The notes under the pieces were generated by a model, which worked only from the letters and a program-made list of their open reading frames with translations, ran no database searches and was not told the DNA's origin. From positions 1 to 24,497 of the IMG/VR virus record IMGVR_UViG_3300017754_002516: a stretch of DNA of 24,497 bases; one strand, given 5' to 3'. Position numbers and translations under genes: made by a program. Shown here in pieces: positions 7,953 through 17,500 of the stretch. The stretch comes from a virus. Its lineage: Duplodnaviria > Caudoviricetes. Numbering within the stretch: position 1 is the first letter of the stretch; the number at the start of each line of letters is the position of its first letter.

Positions 7953-8443
7953 ATACTTACATCGGTATTGATCCTGGTTTGAGCGGGGCTGTGGCTATGA
8001 TTGATCATCTTGGATATCGAGTCTGGGATATCCCGATCATACAGAAAGGCACGGGTACAGTAAAGAATGAGATCAACGCTGCTGGTTTGATGGATATCAT
8101 TGCCGAAGCTGATTTTGAAACAGTGGCTGCGCTTGAACGCGTAAACGCGATGCCGGGACAAGGCGTGTCAAGCGTCTTCAGTCTTGGTGACTCGTTTGGG
8201 TGCTGTCGTGCAGTGTTAGCGTGCGCTCGTATGCCTACGTTCTACATCACTCCAACGATGTGGAAAAAGCACTACGGGTTGACGAGTGATAAAGAGCAAG
8301 CGAGGGCATTAGCCGTAAAGATGTTTCCGAAAGCTGAGTTGCATCTTAAAAAGCATATTGACCGCGCTGAGGCGTTGCTGATCGCGGCATACTTGAAATC
8401 GAAAATTGAGAAAGAACGAAATGACAAAACCATTCTCGCCTGA
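7937..8443 (+). CDS. RuvC-like Holliday junction resolvase
   Basis: YIGIDPGLSGA, LERV, FSLG, PTMWKK, DRAEALLIA. Confidence 0.85.
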   Translation: MDNVLNTYIGIDPGLSGAVAMIDHLGYRVWDIPIIQKGTGTVKNEINAAGLMDIIAEADFETVAALERVNAMPGQGVSSVFSLGDSFGCCRAVLACARMPTFYITPTMWKKHYGLTSDKEQARALAVKMFPKAELHLKKHIDRAEALLIAAYLKSKIEKERNDKTILA

Positions 8444-8882
8444 GAGCAGCGCAAAGGCTCGAGAGCAATCTGAGTTTCAGCGTGAGCTGTACAAACGAAA
8501 GTTTCTAGATGATGATCACTGGGTCAACTTGGCTCGTGAAGCAGGTATCGCTTTACCTATGTACTATGTTCGCCCCTCTGATGCTGCAGTGAAGAGCTTG
8601 CTCCGTAGGCTGCGTGTGAGTTGGGATGTGTACTTGGAAGCGTTTGGCTGGGAAACTACGGCTGACTTTGAGAAGTACAACCCGACGTATAGCATGCGTC
8701 CGCTTGCAGGTTTGATTCTTGAGCTCTGGGATGAGCAACAGCGTATGATTGACGGTTGTAAAGCTGCGGCTGATATCCGTGAAATCAAAGTTGGTGATGC
8801 CCCTGCTCGTGAGCTGAAGTACCCTAGAGGCGTAGCTAAGATTCGTCGTGCTCCATTGAAAGGTAAAAATGCTAGCGCATGA
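8421..8882 (+). CDS. Hypothetical protein
   Basis: Fills the operon between the resolvase and the HD gene; ATG at 8421 preferred over TTG at 8406; no family recognised. Confidence 0.65.
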   Translation: MTKPFSPESSAKAREQSEFQRELYKRKFLDDDHWVNLAREAGIALPMYYVRPSDAAVKSLLRRLRVSWDVYLEAFGWETTADFEKYNPTYSMRPLAGLILELWDEQQRMIDGCKAAADIREIKVGDAPARELKYPRGVAKIRRAPLKGKNASA

Positions 8883-9378
8883 AGTGATCAAAACTGTACG
8901 GGCAGGTAACTCAGTTACTCGCTGGCATACCCGTAGAATGCATAAGTACGAAACCGTAGGCGAGCATACTGCAAACGTGCTGGCGATCGTGTTTGCGCTT
9001 TGCGGTGATGAGAACCCGTCGCCTGAGCTGATATCAGCTACGCTGCTACACGACACCGCTGAGCAGTGGACGGGTGACGTGCCTGCGACTGCAAAGTGGG
9101 AAATGCCGATCCTCAAAGAGAACTTAGACGCTCTTGAGGAAAAGATGATGGCGCAGAACTGGCTCAAGACTCCAAGGCTTACGGCTGAGGAAGCGTTGAC
9201 TCTGAAGTGGGCTGATATGCTTGATCTTTGTTATACCTGTCTGGGTGAGCTAGATATGGGTAATAGAGCCATCTCAGACGTCTTTGAGCGTGGTGTTGAG
9301 TACCTGCGTGGGCTAACCCCACACCCCGTAGGTTTGAAGTTGTTAGAGGATCTTATTAAGGAGCGTAGACATGTCTGA
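8869..9378 (+). CDS. HD-domain deoxynucleotide phosphohydrolase (YfbR/DatZ-like)
   Basis: VTRWH, ETVGEH, LLHDTAE..TGDVP, KWADMLD. Confidence 0.85.
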   Translation: MLAHEVIKTVRAGNSVTRWHTRRMHKYETVGEHTANVLAIVFALCGDENPSPELISATLLHDTAEQWTGDVPATAKWEMPILKENLDALEEKMMAQNWLKTPRLTAEEALTLKWADMLDLCYTCLGELDMGNRAISDVFERGVEYLRGLTPHPVGLKLLEDLIKERRHV

Positions 9379-9658
9379 TTTTGAAAAAGGTTTAAATGGT
9401 ACTCGGGTTTCTGATTTGGCCAACGGTCGTCAGGTTGCTGGAAACCATTACCGATCTGATATCCAGCACTGGGATTTTGTCGTGGCGAATGATCTTGATT
9501 ACTTTCAGGGTCAAATTACCAAGTACGTGACTCGTTGGAAAAAGAAGAATGGGCTTGCTGACTTACTCAAGGCTCAGCACTTTCTTCAAAAGTATATCGA
9601 GGTGGTTCGGGATGATGACGGTTCAGATGCTACAAAAGCCTACGTCAATCAGGAGTAA
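9371..9658 (+). CDS. DUF3310 protein (T7 gp1.7-like nucleotide kinase family)
   Basis: QVAGNHY, FQGQITKYVTRWKKKNGLADLLKAQHFL. Confidence 0.8.
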   Translation: MSDFEKGLNGTRVSDLANGRQVAGNHYRSDIQHWDFVVANDLDYFQGQITKYVTRWKKKNGLADLLKAQHFLQKYIEVVRDDDGSDATKAYVNQE

Positions 9659-9660
9659 CT

Positions 9661-9861
9661 ATGAAACATCATTTCACGATCGAGTTGGAAATAGACGACA
9701 ATGTTTTCGTTACTCCTAAGGTGGGTATCGAAGGAGATCTCGAGACAGACGATTTTGCTGCACCTCTTCTTAGAGGGGTTGTAGAAGTTTTGACTTTACT
9801 TCGAGATATCAGAGGATCAGAAGAAGTGGAGAAGGCTCTAAGCCGTCTCAAGCGAAAATGA
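9661..9861 (+). CDS. Hypothetical protein
   Basis: AGGAG RBS, 66 aa, last gene of the + strand arm. Confidence 0.65.
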   Translation: MKHHFTIELEIDDNVFVTPKVGIEGDLETDDFAAPLLRGVVEVLTLLRDIRGSEEVEKALSRLKRK

Positions 9862-11355
9862 CTACTTTTGGGCAGCTGCAGGAGAAATCTGAGTAGGTTT
9901 AGAGAAATCCTGTAGCTGATTATCCAAATCCCCGAGTAATTTTCCTGAGAGCTGCTGTTGTACTTGCCTAGGGTCCCTGCGTTTAACCATGCGTTGAGGA
10001 TAGAACCCACCAACAGGCTGATTTGCTTGTCTGAGCTCATCCTCAGTAACGGGAGCTGGCGGTGTCTTATTCTCTTCCGCCATCTTATTCCGGATCTTGT
10101 CTAGCATAGCTAGAGCACCTGTACTACCCGCAGAAACGAGGTTTGCTGGAAGTGCCCACGCAGGATTCAAAGAGGCTGCGCTGGCCAAAGCTGAAGTGCC
10201 CGCTAAAGCAGCTCCAGGGATGTCACCTGCTTTACCTCGCTCTATAGCCTCATTACCACTGAAGCCTACACCTAGACCTGCAAGTGTTCTATTCACGATC
10301 GGGTTCTGTAGTATCTTTGTACCCCAGTTACCTGCCTGCTGTAGAGGCGTAGGAGTAGCAGCGGGTGGCGGTTCAAACACGGGAGGCTTCGGAGTCCTGA
10401 ACGTAGGTTTCATCGTCTCACCAGTTGCAGGGTTTCTCCAAGATGACCCAGGACGTCTTCCGCTTTCAGCTTGATGAGCCTTTTCGTATGTCTGCGCTCC
10501 ACGGTCTTTGTAACCCTGTGACTCTGCCCAGTTTTTAACCGATTGAGGGCTACCAGACGGGCTCGTACCCGCACTGGCGCCCCTCACTGCTGATGTCATA
10601 TCTTTCGGCAGGTTACGGAAATCGTTTAAGACTTTGAGTCCAGACTGTGTAGTTCCTGCGGTAAGCCCCAACCCTGTACCTGCGATGCCGGTGAGCGTAC
10701 TTTGGTCGCTAAATCCGTAAGGTTTAGTTTTTGCTTCAGCTTCTTGCTCTTGTCTGAACTTTTCAAAGTCAAAGTCAAATTTTCCTGGAGGTTCACTCTC
10801 GCCCTCAGCAACTGCTTGAGTTTCTGCAGGAAGCGAGCTTACAAACTCTTCGTTCTGATCTAACGACTCGGGCGGCGCAGCCTCTGAGGTCATCGCTTCA
10901 GTTTCTGGAGTCTCCGTATCAGCCGAGTATGAGCGTATCTTTTGCAGATACATGATAGACTCGGTAGGTATATCCTCAGGGTTACCAGTCTTAAAGTACT
11001 GGGAGTTAGGTCCTGCGTTATACGCGATGTAGGCTCTATCAATATCTTTACCGTTACCCACTTTAGGGTCTTCAAATATTTTTTTCCAGTAAGCTACGCC
11101 CCCGCGAATGTTCTCTTCTAATATGTTCGGGTTGACTCCAAGCTCTTTCGCGGTTGACGGCATCAGCTGCATCACCCCTACGGCTCGCTCTTTTCTGCGA
11201 GTCATAGGTCCAAGAGCCTTTGCGTTAAATTTACTTTCTTGATAAGCCAGAGGTAGTATATAGTCGGGGTTCACTCCCTGTGCTTCCGCTTCTGCGGCAA
11301 CCATGGCTGCAACTTTTAATTGCTCGTCACTCATCTTGTCAAAATTGATAGGCAT
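9862..11355 (-). CDS. Internal virion/ejection protein with N-terminal lytic transglycosylase (SLT) domain
   Basis: QES catalytic Glu, GVMQLMPSTA, NIRGGVAY, AYNAGP; Gly/Ala-rich hydrophobic segments in the C-terminal half. Confidence 0.85.
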   Translation of the reverse strand: MPINFDKMSDEQLKVAAMVAAEAEAQGVNPDYILPLAYQESKFNAKALGPMTRRKERAVGVMQLMPSTAKELGVNPNILEENIRGGVAYWKKIFEDPKVGNGKDIDRAYIAYNAGPNSQYFKTGNPEDIPTESIMYLQKIRSYSADTETPETEAMTSEAAPPESLDQNEEFVSSLPAETQAVAEGESEPPGKFDFDFEKFRQEQEAEAKTKPYGFSDQSTLTGIAGTGLGLTAGTTQSGLKVLNDFRNLPKDMTSAVRGASAGTSPSGSPQSVKNWAESQGYKDRGAQTYEKAHQAESGRRPGSSWRNPATGETMKPTFRTPKPPVFEPPPAATPTPLQQAGNWGTKILQNPIVNRTLAGLGVGFSGNEAIERGKAGDIPGAALAGTSALASAASLNPAWALPANLVSAGSTGALAMLDKIRNKMAEENKTPPAPVTEDELRQANQPVGGFYPQRMVKRRDPRQVQQQLSGKLLGDLDNQLQDFSKPTQISPAAAQK

Positions 11356-11364
11356 CTTAAGTCC

Positions 11365-13350
11365 TTATTCCTGTTTTTGCTTATTCAATTTTCGTTTTTC
11401 AAGAATAGCATCTAGCGATTTCTTACTTAGTGGCGCGACGTTTTCCTGTTTCGCATCGTTAGACTGAGTCAAATTTTTTGGAAGGTTGTACGTTTTAGTC
11501 AACCAACTTTCGTACCCAGTGAGTAGTTTTTGGTAACCTGATTTAGGATCGCTCTTGTACTCATCAAGGGTGATGTATGGGTTTTTCGTATCACGACGAT
11601 AGGCACGGAAATCTGAGCTAACTGCCGTGTCAAACTGAGCTTTGCGCCCTGTAAGTTGCGCCATTTTAATCAGATACTCTGGAGTGTCTGAGGGTGTACC
11701 TTGGATCTTAGCAATACCCATGTCTTCTCGGTCAGAAACTTGACCTTGTTTCTCAAGAAGCTGCTTACGGAAGTTAAAGTGCAGACGGGCGAGGTCACTA
11801 CTCATTTCTGCAACTGCAGTCATGTCAGTGTCTTTAGTATTTATGTTTTTAAGCCGCAGGAAATTCTCTATATTCTCTTTGCTTATCGCTACTTCCCCTA
11901 CTTCTCCTCTGTCTCTAGCAAATTGAGCGATAGCTGAACCTATTCCTGGTTTTTTCAGCAACCCGTACATCTTAGAGTTTTCTGAAGCGTTCTTCATGAT
12001 ACGCGCAGAAACAAATACTGTGTCTCGCTGAGACGGCTCATTCTTCAAGAAGTCTTGAGTCTCTTTAGCTTGAGCTTCTGCTGTTGATTTAGCCGCTTGC
12101 TCGCTTGCTACCTTCTTTACAGCTTTTTCTTCTGCAGGAATTTGTCCTGTATTTTTATCTCCTGGAACAGGTTTACCGCTCACTCCAAACCTCAAGTAAT
12201 TGTAGATAGCCTCTACACCTGCCGCGTCTTTATTTTTTCTAGCCTCACGGAGCTTCATCAAATCTTCTTTAGACCCTAAGAGGCTTTCTCCGTTGAACTC
12301 AGGAAAGTTGATACCTACATCAGGTTCTCCAGGATTTGAGATATACACAGGTTTGGGGTTTTTAGGATCACTAACATCCATGTAACCCCACGGGGTCGTC
12401 TTGAAAGCCCCACGCTCAAACTCACCTGCCTCACGCTTTTCTTTACTCTTAGCGCGCAGTTCATCTTCCTCTTTGAGCTGTGCAGCGCGTTTTGCTCTTT
12501 CCTCTTCTTTTTGTTTAATAGAGGCTGCTTCGTTTTGACGACGGTTCTCTTCAGTTTTCAGTAAAAACTCGCGCTCAGCTATCTTTTGTTTGTACAAGCC
12601 GTCTAACGCTTCACCAGTAGCTCTTGTAGCGGGAAGCATTTTCAAACCCGCGATGATCTGAGGATTAACCTTTCTACCATTGATCATGATATCGGGGCTA
12701 GTATCTATCTCTAGAGGTTTCGCAGTAGCTACTGATGTCGGTTCTGCTGCAGGTGCTTCTTTCGCAGCTGTTGTGATAGGTTGCGCAGCCGTTGTGCTAG
12801 GTTGCGGAGCTGTAGCTAACCCAGATCTGAAAGTTGCAGATGCGTTAGATACCCCAGGAGGAAGCGTTTCAGCGGTTTGCGCGTTAACTGGCGCAGAAGC
12901 AGGAGCTAGAGTCGAAGGTTGAGATGCGGCTTCTGGTAAAATCTCTTGTTTATTTTCCCCACCTAAGAGGTCTTTTATGTACGGTGCCGCCATGTTGTAC
13001 ATCTTACCACTTTGAGCTCTTTCCAGTTGCATGTTTGCTAACTGCATACGCGCCATTGCGTTTTCTTGCAACTGTTGATTCTCTACATTTTGAGCATTAC
13101 TGTAGGCTGTAGCAGCGCGACCTAAAGACTCTCCAAAGTTACCAGTCCTACCTGGATCAAAAAATGCACCAGCCAAAGCGAGCATAGAAGGGCTGAGTCT
13201 AGCCTCATTCCTCTGCTCTAAAAGCTTCATCAGCTTGTCTTCAGCTTCTTTTGCGTTCTGATATTTTTCAGCGTAGTTCTTATCGCTATCACCAAAAAGC
13301 TCTGGTGGTATAGCCGATGAAACAGCTTTAAGAGGCGATGTTGTTGTCAT
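11365..13350 (-). CDS. Probable internal virion (DNA ejection) protein
   Basis: Helical/coiled-coil composition, LALAGAFFDPGRTGNFGESLG segment, position among ejection genes. Start reassigned to ATG at 13350 (GGAGG RBS, no overlap with the upstream gene). Confidence 0.65.
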   Translation of the reverse strand: MTTTSPLKAVSSAIPPELFGDSDKNYAEKYQNAKEAEDKLMKLLEQRNEARLSPSMLALAGAFFDPGRTGNFGESLGRAATAYSNAQNVENQQLQENAMARMQLANMQLERAQSGKMYNMAAPYIKDLLGGENKQEILPEAASQPSTLAPASAPVNAQTAETLPPGVSNASATFRSGLATAPQPSTTAAQPITTAAKEAPAAEPTSVATAKPLEIDTSPDIMINGRKVNPQIIAGLKMLPATRATGEALDGLYKQKIAEREFLLKTEENRRQNEAASIKQKEEERAKRAAQLKEEDELRAKSKEKREAGEFERGAFKTTPWGYMDVSDPKNPKPVYISNPGEPDVGINFPEFNGESLLGSKEDLMKLREARKNKDAAGVEAIYNYLRFGVSGKPVPGDKNTGQIPAEEKAVKKVASEQAAKSTAEAQAKETQDFLKNEPSQRDTVFVSARIMKNASENSKMYGLLKKPGIGSAIAQFARDRGEVGEVAISKENIENFLRLKNINTKDTDMTAVAEMSSDLARLHFNFRKQLLEKQGQVSDREDMGIAKIQGTPSDTPEYLIKMAQLTGRKAQFDTAVSSDFRAYRRDTKNPYITLDEYKSDPKSGYQKLLTGYESWLTKTYNLPKNLTQSNDAKQENVAPLSKKSLDAILEKRKLNKQKQE

Positions 13351-13354
13351 AGTT

Positions 13355-14500
13355 TTAGCCCTCCGACATTCCAGAGGTGTCAAAATAGTCATAATAAGAG
13401 CTATTACCCGTGCCGGAATCCGTACCGTCACCGTAGTAGGTGGTTTCACCGCCACCTCCCATATCTATCTCATTTAGAGGAGGTCCTGTGTCGATTCCGG
13501 AGTAATCTGTATCGTCGCCAGGAAGTTCAATATCTGGACCTGCGCTAATGTCTGGAGACCCTGAAGTGCCCTCATTTGAGTTTCCATTTGAAGTTGAACC
13601 GTCTCCTGCAGGAACGCCACTAGACGGGAACATAGACTTGTACCAGTCTGTCAAACCTGATATCGCGCTTTTACCATTGGTAGGTGAGGCGAACAACGAT
13701 GCAACACCCGCCATCTGAGACAGCGGAGAAGCTGAGTACGCTCCAGGCATTGGACCTTTGTAAGTCTGCGATGTGGATGTAGGTACGGTGTAGCCGCGAA
13801 GTAGTTGAGCAGCGTTGGCGGCTTGTTTCAATGGAGCGTCAATCTTAGCTTGCTCTAAAGCTTGCTGTTGAGCTCCTGTGTTCATCATAGCATTTGCACC
13901 TGTAAGCCCCAAAGTCTGCTCTTGAGCAGCGAGGTTACCTTGTGTAGTTGCGGCTTGGTTTTGAAGCTGCAGATTCTGCAACGCAGCTTGTAGAGCTTGA
14001 CTATATCCAGTGGATAATGCCCCTTGCTGTTGTCCAGTCAAATTAGACTGCATATCAGCCATGGTTTGACCCGTAGCATTTGCGAATCGCTGTGAACCGC
14101 TGCCCCCTGTACCTACAAACGCAGCCTTCAACCCAGGAAGAATATTTCGTTGTATATTCTGCTGTTGCAGCCGCTCCATCTCGTTCACGACATTTGACGT
14201 GTACGGGTTCATCAACGCATTGATACGCTCAGGAGTCAACCCTGCGGCGACTCCAGCAGCGGTATTTTCAGCAGCCGTGAGTCCTGGTTTGTATGCGTTT
14301 GCGGCATCAGGTACCGCTGCTTGTCCTTGCTGTTGAAGGTTACTAAACCCTGCAACCAACTTTGTAGGATCTGTAGCTGTCGCTGTTTGACCTGCCTTTG
14401 CTAGGTCAGAAAGATAGTTTGTGTAGTACGTTGGCGCATTTGTCGTTTGCGTCGTCGTTGTATTTACGTCGGGTAACGCGCTTCCTTGTGTTAACGACAT
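13355..14500 (-). CDS. Probable internal virion (DNA transfer/pilot) protein
   Basis: Gln/Ala/Gly-rich with MNPYTSNV and GGSGSQR motifs typical of podovirus ejection proteins; acidic low-complexity C-terminus. Confidence 0.65.
   Translation of the reverse strand: MSLTQGSALPDVNTTTTQTTNAPTYYTNYLSDLAKAGQTATATDPTKLVAGFSNLQQQGQAAVPDAANAYKPGLTAAENTAAGVAAGLTPERINALMNPYTSNVVNEMERLQQQNIQRNILPGLKAAFVGTGGSGSQRFANATGQTMADMQSNLTGQQQGALSTGYSQALQAALQNLQLQNQAATTQGNLAAQEQTLGLTGANAMMNTGAQQQALEQAKIDAPLKQAANAAQLLRGYTVPTSTSQTYKGPMPGAYSASPLSQMAGVASLFASPTNGKSAISGLTDWYKSMFPSSGVPAGDGSTSNGNSNEGTSGSPDISAGPDIELPGDDTDYSGIDTGPPLNEIDMGGGGETTYYGDGTDSGTGNSSYYDYFDTSGMSEG
13541..13585 (-). repeat. Copy B of 45-bp segment encoding GNSNEGTSGSPDISA
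   Basis: Codons gga aac tca aat gag ggc act tca ggg tct cca gac att agc gca; same peptide as 16860-16904. Confidence 0.9.
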
Positions 14501-14501
14501 G

Positions 14502-17500
14502 TTATTTAGCTCCTTTTAGGTAAGCCAGTGGTGATTTAGCCTTTGGCGGTATGCTCTTCACTGGCGCAGAACGCTTGTGCTTTCGTATAGATTCTCTCAT
14601 AGCGTCCAACTTCTTTGCACCTTCTTTGTTTGACCCATCGCCTAACGCAGAAACTATATCTGCATCAAACACGTATTCACCATCTGCCAATCGAGCCTCT
14701 ATCAAATCGTCTTGACCTCCACCTTCACCCTCCACATAGTGCGATCCCTTATGCGGGACCCCTCCCTGTGCAATCAAAGGTGCAACCATCGACAAGCCAC
14801 CACCTCTTTTCAGATGCGGCACTTGCGGTGTAGAGCTCTCATAGAAAGGTGCAGCGTCAAACGATATAGGGCTCTTTTCAACCCCGTAATTATAATATCC
14901 AGAGGTGCTTTGCTGCGGTGCCATAGGTATGTCTTCTGGAATAGCTTGCTCTTGGAACGCAGGGTTTATCTGCTGAAGCGGAGTTGTGCTGGTGATGTCA
15001 AGAGTTTGAGGGTTGTAAACGCTTTGGAAACTGTAGTTTTGGTTCGGATCGTACGTAGAGCTCAAACCTCCAGGAGTCAGCATAGAAGCTTTCCAAGACG
15101 GGGTAGCCTGTGTACCATCAGAAGCAGAGGAAGGCGAAGCTGCAACTGCGCTACCAGTAGGTAAGTTTGAGGCGGGTTTTGTAAACTTTGTTGTAGTTAC
15201 AAGCGGTATCGGGGTCCTTGTCTTAACTGGTAAAGGTACAAGGTACTCAGGATCTACAGCGAGTATAGGTGAGCCAGTGACTTCAGGATCATTGATGAAG
15301 GACTTAGGGTCACCCAAAACTGGAGCAGCTCCTTCTGGGGTAAGTCCTAGCTGTCCAAGAGTACCAGTTTCACCAGTTGTTGGATCTGTAACTTCCGTAG
15401 TTAAACCTTGCCCGCCCCCCATACCTTTTAGAGCGGGAGACTCTGGCATGGTTAAACCTAGACCGCTGTCAGTGGCTTGTATAGGATCATATATGCTGTA
15501 GTCTATAGGTTGGTTTATATCTACAAGGTCACTCACATTCGTGATAGCCGATGGGGCGGTCAACCCTGTCCCAGTGTAAGGGTCTATACCTAAGCTTTGA
15601 GTGCCTGTGGAGCCTAGCGAGTAATCTACAGGAGCTAAAGTGGTATCTAGAGGATATAAAGAGGTGTCTAAAGGCGTTTCTACTGGAGCTTCTACTGGAG
15701 CTTCCACTGGAGTTTCTAGAGTCTCTGGAGCTACATATGGAATGTTCGTTCCTACATCTGTAGAAGGGGTAAATACCTTCATACCTGCATAGTTACCTGC
15801 TTCGTAGTCTCTGTACACGGACGCAGCGTCAGCTCCGTTACGTATATCGTTTTTCGCTACCTCTAGCGCGTCTTTTTCTGCTTGAGTAGTAGCGACGATA
15901 CCGTTATCAGCTTCAAAATGCAGAGCTTTCACCTCTAGTTCTGCGCCTTGGTCCAGCATAGTCGGGGCGTCTTTTACCAGATCTGGAGAATCATAACCGA
16001 GTTCTCTAGACATAGATACGTTATTGGCTACAGTCAACGCATCATTGTAGTTGAGTTCTCCTGACAATACACGCTGGGCTACTGCTTTAGCGTCTTCATC
16101 ATTCAGATTATATTTTTCTTTAGCTTGCTGCTCAACGTCTGAAGCAATATCAGGTAAAGATTTTATAGTGTCAAAATCCTGATAATTTTTCAACCCCGCA
16201 ACTACATCAGTAGCCCACTGGTTAGCCAATGCTGGGTCTGTCAGTCCGTTATCTTTAGCGTGTTGTAAAGCCTTGTCGTACTCAGCTTTTTTCTCCGGAT
16301 CGTCTTGAATAGCTTCGGAAATAGACTCAGCCTTTATTTCTTTAAATGTGTTGTACGCGTCTGCAGCGTTCAAGTCTCCACTATCAACTTTGTCCAGAAT
16401 CTCTTTAACAGAGTCGTCATCAGCGATGCCTGCTGCATCGGCTTGGTCTTGAATCCAGAGTTTTGTATCTTTAGTCTCTTGATCCATCAACCATTTTGAG
16501 GTTACTTCTGAGATATCTCCTGGAGCCGCCTCAGCTTTCGCTTGCTCTAACGACATGTCTTGAGCGTACTTTGCATTGTCAAGTAGAGGATTAGCGTCAT
16601 ACTTAGAGGCGTTCGCATCAGCCCAAAGCGATACATCTTGGCTCAAGACCTCTTCTTTGATCGCTTTTTGAGCTTCGTATGACAAGCCCATTTCTGCTGC
16701 TTTATCTGCTGCGGATTGAGCGTCTAAAGATTGCCGTGCATAAGCATCTACTGAACCGCCTGATTCAGCGATCTCTTGGAGCGTCTCGTCTTTGATATCT
16801 CCACCATAGTACTTTTTCAATTCTTCGTAGGTAGGCGGTGGAGTTTTCTCTTCTTTTGTAGCTGAAATGTCTGGAGAACCTGAGGTTCCTTCATTTGAGT
16901 TACCTGTAGATAGGTTGTTTTTTACGTAGTTGGCTCCCGCTTTCAAGGCTTGATTCACCAAGGCTTGGCTTGGGTCTTTACCTTGTAACTCAGAAGATAT
17001 GAAAGTTTTTAAGGCGGTCTGCTCGGGCTTACTTAAAGTATCATATCCTGGTACTTGCGGGGCTAATGTGTTCGCTGCTGAGTTAGCTCCACTTGTAATC
17101 AGAGCTTGCAGAGGGTCTTGCCCTGTAACTGTTGCAGCAGCGACGTTTGCAGCTGCGTTTGACACAGCGTTAGCGAGGTTTGGAGTGCTAGATAAAGAAC
17201 TAGACACTGTAGGCGATACGCTCTCATACACGTAATCACCAACACCTTGAGCGACCACGCCAGTGACGTAACCTGTAGCCGCAGCTTTTAAAGCGTCTTC
17301 AGGAGAAGCTCCATGAGCCATAGCTACACCTGCATTCGCCGCAGCTATGAGTAAAGGATTTCCAGTCGATGCCGCTGCAAGCTTTACAGCTGTACCTATC
17401 GGGTCGTCGATTGCGGCTTCAACTGTTTTTTCTACAACTTCCGCCACAGGCTCGATTACTTCTTCAACGACCCAGTCTCCTACATCAGATACTGCGTTTC

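Noticed and set aside
8553-9167. 204-aa antisense ORF and other opposite-strand ORFs (e.g. 6140-6514, 10097-10474, 14712-15164, 23742-24113)
   Set aside because: They are shadows of well-supported genes on the other strand, with no recognisable motifs.
8869-9378. DatZ-like HD protein implying a 2-aminoadenine (Z) genome
   Set aside because: No purZ is present in the window, and the modification genes present point to thymidine.
10540-10580. GTSPSGSP in the SLT protein as a third copy of the 15-aa tag
   Set aside because: It is only a short partial match in low-complexity Ser/Gly sequence and could be chance.
13351-13455. N-terminal 35 aa of the 696-aa ORF in the track
   Set aside because: It overlaps the upstream gene by about 100 bp. 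The ATG at 13350 has a GGAGG RBS and is the better start.
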